From a virus (Duplodnaviria > Caudoviricetes), in IMG/VR virus record IMGVR_UViG_3300023435_000009: DNA of 64,000 nt. One strand, given 5' to 3'. Below are positions 63,186 through 64,000 of the stretch, one piece after another. The number at the start of each line of letters is the position of its first letter. The stretch's first letter is position 1. The position numbers and the translations under genes are program-made. The notes beneath the pieces are model-generated. The model did not search any database. It was not told where the DNA came from and was given only the letters and a program-made list of their open reading frames with translations.

Positions 63186-63706
63186 TGCCTGAGATCATCA
63201 GAACACGAGACTGCGTGGCACACTTCAAGGGTGATGCCTACCCCGTGGCCATCTCAGACGTCCTGATTACGAACGGGTGGCGTGGTTGCCAGGGTGTGAT
63301 GTGGACGGACTCCCCTGAAGACGAGTTCATGGTAACTCTCTCTGACGGTATGTTTGGTGGGTTCCTTCTTTGGGGGTCTGACGAGGTTCCTGACATGTTT
63401 ACGGGGATGTCGGGGAATCAGGTCCGAGAGGGTTATGGTATTTTGTGTACTGGGGGCTGGTTGTTATCCACCCCTGTGTTCGAGCAGTTCACATATGCCA
63501 GTCGGGTGGGTGGTCCTCCATTGGTCCCCCTCGTTTACACTGCGGGAGAGCGCCTCTTGTTTTCCCTCAGGGGTCGATGGACAAATGAGGATGAATGGAC
63601 CCTGTCTGGTGATCCTAGAGCGCCTAACGATAACTTTGCTGGTAGTGTCTGTCAGCCCCCTCGGACGCTGAACAACAACTGCCTAGTTCTGACGACGGTT
63701 TTGTAA
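63185..63706 (+). CDS. Virion protein paralog family, copy 2
   Basis: MPEIIRTRDCV...NGWRGCQGVMW...GFLLWGSDE...WTNEDEWTLSGDPRAPN. Confidence 0.7.
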   Translation: MPEIIRTRDCVAHFKGDAYPVAISDVLITNGWRGCQGVMWTDSPEDEFMVTLSDGMFGGFLLWGSDEVPDMFTGMSGNQVREGYGILCTGGWLLSTPVFEQFTYASRVGGPPLVPLVYTAGERLLFSLRGRWTNEDEWTLSGDPRAPNDNFAGSVCQPPRTLNNNCLVLTTVL

Positions 63707-64000
63707 TGGCAAGAAAACTCATCACTGAGATCGTCCGGGCACGGGACAGCATCGTCTTCTACAAGGTGGACTCTACGACCGTCACAATAGATCCGGTTAT
63801 GTTGGCTGCGGGGTGGTCCGGTGGTCAGGGTGTGCAATGGGTTGCAGGGGTCGATGACGAGCGCACAATAACCTTTTCTGATGGTCGGTTTGGTGGTTTC
63901 CTTATCTGGGGTTCCGACGAGCTTGCAGACCAACTCACTGCTGTCACGGATAGTCAGGTGGCTTACCGATACACCACAATGCTGTTCGGTGGGTGCCTCT
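63706..64000 (+). CDS. Virion protein paralog family, copy 3 (runs off the window)
   Basis: MARKLITEIVRARDSIV...AGWSGGQGVQW...GFLIWGSDE; open to the window end. Confidence 0.65.
   Translation, partial: MARKLITEIVRARDSIVFYKVDSTTVTIDPVMLAAGWSGGQGVQWVAGVDDERTITFSDGRFGGFLIWGSDELADQLTAVTDSQVAYRYTTMLFGGCL

Noticed and set aside
63058-63630. Diversity-generating retroelement TR/VR pair (similar ~50-nt segments at about 63058 and 63578)
   Set aside because: Differences are synonymous third-position changes, not adenine-specific; no reverse transcriptase in the window; ordinary paralogy explains them.
1-64000. Stop-codon reassignment, as seen in some large phages
   Set aside because: TAA, TAG and TGA all terminate recognisable full-length genes, and coding density is high under code 11.
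1-64000. tRNA or rRNA genes
   Set aside because: Intergenic gaps are short and none showed a cloverleaf or T-loop GTTCRA pattern on inspection; tRNAscan-SE would be needed to be certain.

Overview
The window is a gene-dense, GC-rich fragment of a large tailed dsDNA bacteriophage (Caudoviricetes). Almost all genes are on the + strand and are translationally coupled through TAATG/TGATG/ATGA overlaps. From about 1 to 21.2 kb is a replication, recombination and transcription module: SSB-like protein, RuvC-like resolvase, RecA, an SbcC/Rad50 split into two distant genes, SbcD/Mre11, HU, a Cas4/AddB-like nuclease, a beta-clamp, TOPRIM primase, a DnaX clamp loader fractured by a split intein, a NusG paralog and a sigma-region-4-only protein. 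From about 21.3 to 64 kb is a virion and morphogenesis module: beta-helix protein, intein-containing terminase, intein-containing portal-like protein, a 3032-aa polyvalent protein, a TopIB-domain protein, prohead protease, scaffold, major capsid protein and a tandem paralog family. The region carries many selfish nucleases (HNH, LAGLIDADG, GIY-YIG, IscB with omegaRNA, TnpB, and a LAGLIDADG-methyltransferase fusion). The most striking observations are: (i) a recurring [ILV]A-x-R-[WY]-L helix plus [KR]-x-A motif at domain junctions of late proteins, suggesting a head-packaging and polyprotein-processing system; (ii) the split-intein dnaX with a free-standing endonuclease between the halves; (iii) a GIY-YIG cassette that appears to have cut the giant polyprotein from its TopIB domain and supplied a replacement N-terminus; (iv) short synonymously recoded (AT3-rich) patches over conserved catalytic motifs. 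No tRNA, rRNA or CRISPR array was seen. All functional calls come from motif recognition by eye; no database search was run.
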